Below are positions 7,958 to 10,687 of a stretch of 10,687 nucleotides of DNA, piece by piece. The stretch's first letter is position 1; each line of letters begins with the position of its first letter. The notes under the pieces were generated by a model, which saw only the letters and a program-made list of their open reading frames with translations, searched no databases and was not told the origin of the DNA. Position numbers and translations under genes: made by a program. Source of the DNA: Candidatus Cloacimonadia bacterium (GTDB lineage Bacteria > Cloacimonadota > Cloacimonadia > JGIOTU-2 > JBNGDW01); assembly GCA_049975325.1 (NCBI GenBank), contig JBNGDW010000060.1, positions 1-10,687 of the forward strand. Reading direction: 5' to 3'.

Positions 7958-8259
7958 CCTTTTTATCTGGAGGCACAATCTAAATCTATAAATACTCCGA
8001 AGTAATCATTCATAAACTATTATTAAATTTTTGTCAGGCATAAAGTTATCAAAACTATTTACTTATTCTTTCATTCACATACACAAAATTAGCGGATTTG
8101 AGAGGAGCCGATTTTTAATAGTTTGGAATTTAAAGTTGAAGAGCAGCACCTTTAATGGTTTCGCTCAATATTTTATGGCTGTTAGCATATATATTCTGCT
8201 TTATTTCCGTAAAAGTTTTTGTCTATGAATACTTAGGGTGAAGTTTACTAATCAGTTTT

Positions 8260-10473
8260 TTAGAAAATACCAAGAAAGTTTTGTATTGCTGGAGAATATG
8301 CTACAACTAGGCCTGTCACGATAAGGCTAATCATAGCCATCAATTTTATCAAGATATTGAGAGATGGACCTGAAGTATCCTTGCAAGGGTCACCAACCGT
8401 ATCACCGATGATAGAGGCTTTATGTGCCTCGGAGCCTTTACCTCCATAGTTTCCTTCTTCTATATATTTTTTGGCATTATCCCATGCCCCTCCAGCATTA
8501 TTGAGCATGACAGCAAGAGTAAAACCAGTGATTAGTCCGCCTGCAAGCAGTCCCATTACACCCGCTACACCAAGAAAAAGCCCAACTAAAATCGGTATAA
8601 CTATTGCTAGAAGGGAGGGCCAGATCATCTCTTTCTGGGCAGCCCGGGTAGAAATGTCAACACAGGCAGCATAATCCGGCTTTGCAGCCCCTTCCATAAT
8701 CCCAGGTATCTCCCGAAATTGCCTTCGCACCTCTTCTACCATTTTCCCCGCAGCTCGCCCTACGGCTTTCATTGTCAAGGAGCAGAACACAAAAGCAGTC
8801 ATTGCTCCAAGAAGAAGTCCGACCAGAACCTTTGGATTCATAAGCGTAACATCATAATGACATATAAAGTCCGAAATAGTAGCAGTTGCGACATCGATGA
8901 CTTCTCCGGATACTTCAATCGTACTTTGCCCTAAATGGTTAAGACTTATTTTAACCTCTTCGATATAAGAGGCAAGTAGTGCCATAGCAGTAAATGCGGC
9001 TGAGCCAATTGCAAACCCTTTGCCAGTAGCGGCTGTGGTATTGCCCAGTGCATCAAGAGCATCTGTACGCTTTCGCACCTCGGAGCCAAGCTTACTCATC
9101 TCCGCATTACCGCCAGCATTATCCGCTATTGGGCCATAAGCATCTGAAGCTAATGTAATTCCTAATGTAGAGAGCATACCTACCGCAGCCATACCTATGC
9201 CGTAAAGCCCAACTGTAATTTCATGAAATCCGCCAGCAAAGCCAAAGGCAAGCAATATTCCAACGCCAACTACAATAAGAGGCATACCCACAGAGCGCAT
9301 CCCAACAACCAGTCCCTCAATAATGAGTGTAGCGGTTCCTGTTTCTGATTGTTGGGCGATACTTTTCGTCGGTTTATAGTGAGATGAGGTGTAATATTCC
9401 GCAGATTTTCCTATAAAAACGCCTGCCAGAAGACCAATAGCAATAGCACCCCATATTCCCCAGGGATTTACCAGAGTATTACCCTGCAAAAGCAGGTTTA
9501 CCAGAATGGCAGATATAATCAAAATGGTTACTGCAGCAGTATTTGTTCCTCGTGAGATTGCTTTTAATAAATCTTTTTGTGATGACCCTTCTTTTGTTCT
9601 TACGAGGAAAACCCCGAGTATTGAGAGAATTATCCCCATCCCTGCAATAATCATTGGGAGGATTGCTGCATTGAATTGAATTGTTGATGAAGAGTGAAAG
9701 GCAGCCGCGCCTAATGCACATGCGGCAAGTATAGAGGCACAATATGACTCAAAAAGGTCTGCTCCCATGCCAGCCACATCGCCCACATTATCCCCTACAT
9801 TATCAGCAATTGTAGCTGGATTCCGTATATCATCTTCAGGTATGCCTGCTTCTACCTTTCCTACCAGATCTGCTCCAACATCGGCTGCTTTTGTAAAAAT
9901 ACCGCCGCCTACACGAGCAAAAAGAGCCTGAAAGGATGCACCCATTCCGAAAGTAAGCATAATCACAGTAATCTCATTCAAATCTTGAATTTCTACCACA
10001 TAATAAAGCACAATAAAGCTTAATGAAATAAAAAGCAGTCCTAACCCGACTACCACAAGCCCCATCACGGCTCCACTACGAAACGCAATCTTTAAGGCTC
10101 TATTAAGGGAGTGTCGGGCGCCCTCGGCTGTACGACTGCTTGCACTCGTAGCCGTTATCATACCCCAATATCCCGCAAGCGCGCTTAAAAATCCTCCCAG
10201 TAAAAACGCAAATGGTGTCCAGACACTTAAAAGATGAAGCCCAAAAGAAAGAATTATAAAGAAGATAAAAGTAACTCCAAAAAACAACGCTACAACAGTA
10301 TATTGTCGCTTTAAATATGTTATAGCACCTTCCTTTACATATTGAGCAATCTGCTGCATCGAGGGAGTGCCAGGGGGCTGCTTGCGCATAGATCGAAAAA
10401 ACATATAAGCAAAGACTATACCTAACACAGAAGCGATCGGAGCTATAAGGAAAAGGGTATTACCAATGTCCAT
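8260..10473 (-). CDS. hppA: Membrane-bound K+-stimulated H+/Na+-translocating inorganic pyrophosphatase (M-PPase, HppA).
   Basis: Canonical M-PPase motifs are present: GGIFTKAADVGADLVGKVE, DNVGDNVGDVAGMGADLFESY, DNAGGNAEM, IGDTVGDPCKDTSGPSLNILIKLM. The 737-aa protein has about 16 TM helices. SD AGAGGT lies 8 nt upstream of the ATG. Confidence 0.95.
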   Translation of the reverse strand: MDIGNTLFLIAPIASVLGIVFAYMFFRSMRKQPPGTPSMQQIAQYVKEGAITYLKRQYTVVALFFGVTFIFFIILSFGLHLLSVWTPFAFLLGGFLSALAGYWGMITATSASSRTAEGARHSLNRALKIAFRSGAVMGLVVVGLGLLFISLSFIVLYYVVEIQDLNEITVIMLTFGMGASFQALFARVGGGIFTKAADVGADLVGKVEAGIPEDDIRNPATIADNVGDNVGDVAGMGADLFESYCASILAACALGAAAFHSSSTIQFNAAILPMIIAGMGIILSILGVFLVRTKEGSSQKDLLKAISRGTNTAAVTILIISAILVNLLLQGNTLVNPWGIWGAIAIGLLAGVFIGKSAEYYTSSHYKPTKSIAQQSETGTATLIIEGLVVGMRSVGMPLIVVGVGILLAFGFAGGFHEITVGLYGIGMAAVGMLSTLGITLASDAYGPIADNAGGNAEMSKLGSEVRKRTDALDALGNTTAATGKGFAIGSAAFTAMALLASYIEEVKISLNHLGQSTIEVSGEVIDVATATISDFICHYDVTLMNPKVLVGLLLGAMTAFVFCSLTMKAVGRAAGKMVEEVRRQFREIPGIMEGAAKPDYAACVDISTRAAQKEMIWPSLLAIVIPILVGLFLGVAGVMGLLAGGLITGFTLAVMLNNAGGAWDNAKKYIEEGNYGGKGSEAHKASIIGDTVGDPCKDTSGPSLNILIKLMAMISLIVTGLVVAYSPAIQNFLGIF

Positions 10474-10493
10474 TTTATTACCTCTGTAGAAAA

Positions 10494-10594
10494 TTTAGTA
10501 AATGTCTAATTTTTTAATACAATTTTTTCTTCGTCAAGAAAAGAAAGTGAGACTCCAGAGAATTCCCTATGGAATTTTCTGGAAATTTACTAAA
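10494..10594. promoter_or_regulatory. Inverted-repeat-rich region upstream of hppA (candidate operator/promoter region). A perfect 10-bp inverted repeat TTTAGTAAAT (10494-10503) / ATTTACTAAA (10585-10594) flanks the palindrome AATTCC-CTAT-GGAATT (10561-10576). A possible hppA promoter (TTGACG ... AAAAAT on the minus strand) lies around 10535-10507.
   Basis: The repeats were read directly from the sequence. Their function is inferred only from position 20-120 nt upstream of the hppA start. Confidence 0.3.
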
Positions 10595-10687
10595 AAACTT
10601 GACAAGAAATTTTTACAGAGTTCATTCTGGTCATTATGAAAAAACAAAGAAAAGGATTAAAGTTGAATGTACAGAGGATAATCTCTA

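Noticed and set aside
8260-10473. hppA appears somewhat more GC-rich than its neighbours, which could be read as horizontal acquisition.
   Set aside because: Gly/Ala/Val-rich polytopic membrane proteins are intrinsically GC-richer in AT-rich genomes. The SD style and codon usage match the neighbours, so I do not call this an island.
10598-10687. A plus-strand TTGACA (10598-10603) and a possible plus-strand ORF start at ATG 10636 (MKKQRKGLKLNVQRII...) running off the window.
   Set aside because: There is no acceptable -10 element at 16-18 nt spacing and no SD before the ATG. The ORF is only 17 codons before the window ends, so it cannot be supported from this window alone.
1-10687. Searched for CRISPR repeats, tRNA/rRNA genes, and IS elements or transposase/integrase ORFs.
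   Set aside because: No regularly spaced direct repeats, no cloverleaf-compatible segments or rRNA-like conserved blocks, and no transposase or integrase-like ORFs. All large ORFs are assignable housekeeping families.

Overview
AT-rich bacterial chromosomal segment (roughly 35-40% GC by eye) that uses Shine-Dalgarno sites (AGGAGG/AGAGGA) and contains nine confident protein-coding genes in two convergent blocks. The plus-strand block (1-4988) holds an HtrA/DegP-family serine protease with a PDZ domain, the lipid II flippase MurJ and the excinuclease UvrC. The minus-strand block (10473-5033) holds a membrane H+/Na+-translocating pyrophosphatase, an SPFH/band-7 (stomatin-like) membrane protein, an OsmC/Ohr-family peroxiredoxin, the SAICAR synthetase PurC, a stand-alone CheY-like receiver protein and a 117-aa protein I cannot assign to a family. 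The two blocks meet at a perfect 11-bp-stem hairpin (4978-5006) that overlaps the uvrC stop codon and probably terminates transcription in both directions. There are no rRNA, tRNA, CRISPR or transposase signatures. The most unusual content is the purC–receiver–ORF117 unit, which is translationally coupled throughout. The purC stop TAG shares one base with the receiver's GTG start, and the receiver stop overlaps the ORF117 start as ATGA, with a consensus AGGAGG site for ORF117 buried inside the receiver's last codons. A second point of interest is an SPFH protein with no NfeD partner, preceded by a 370-bp non-coding region. A third is a set of inverted repeats upstream of the pyrophosphatase gene. 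Everything else looks like ordinary housekeeping. I see no strong evidence for a large novel multi-gene system.
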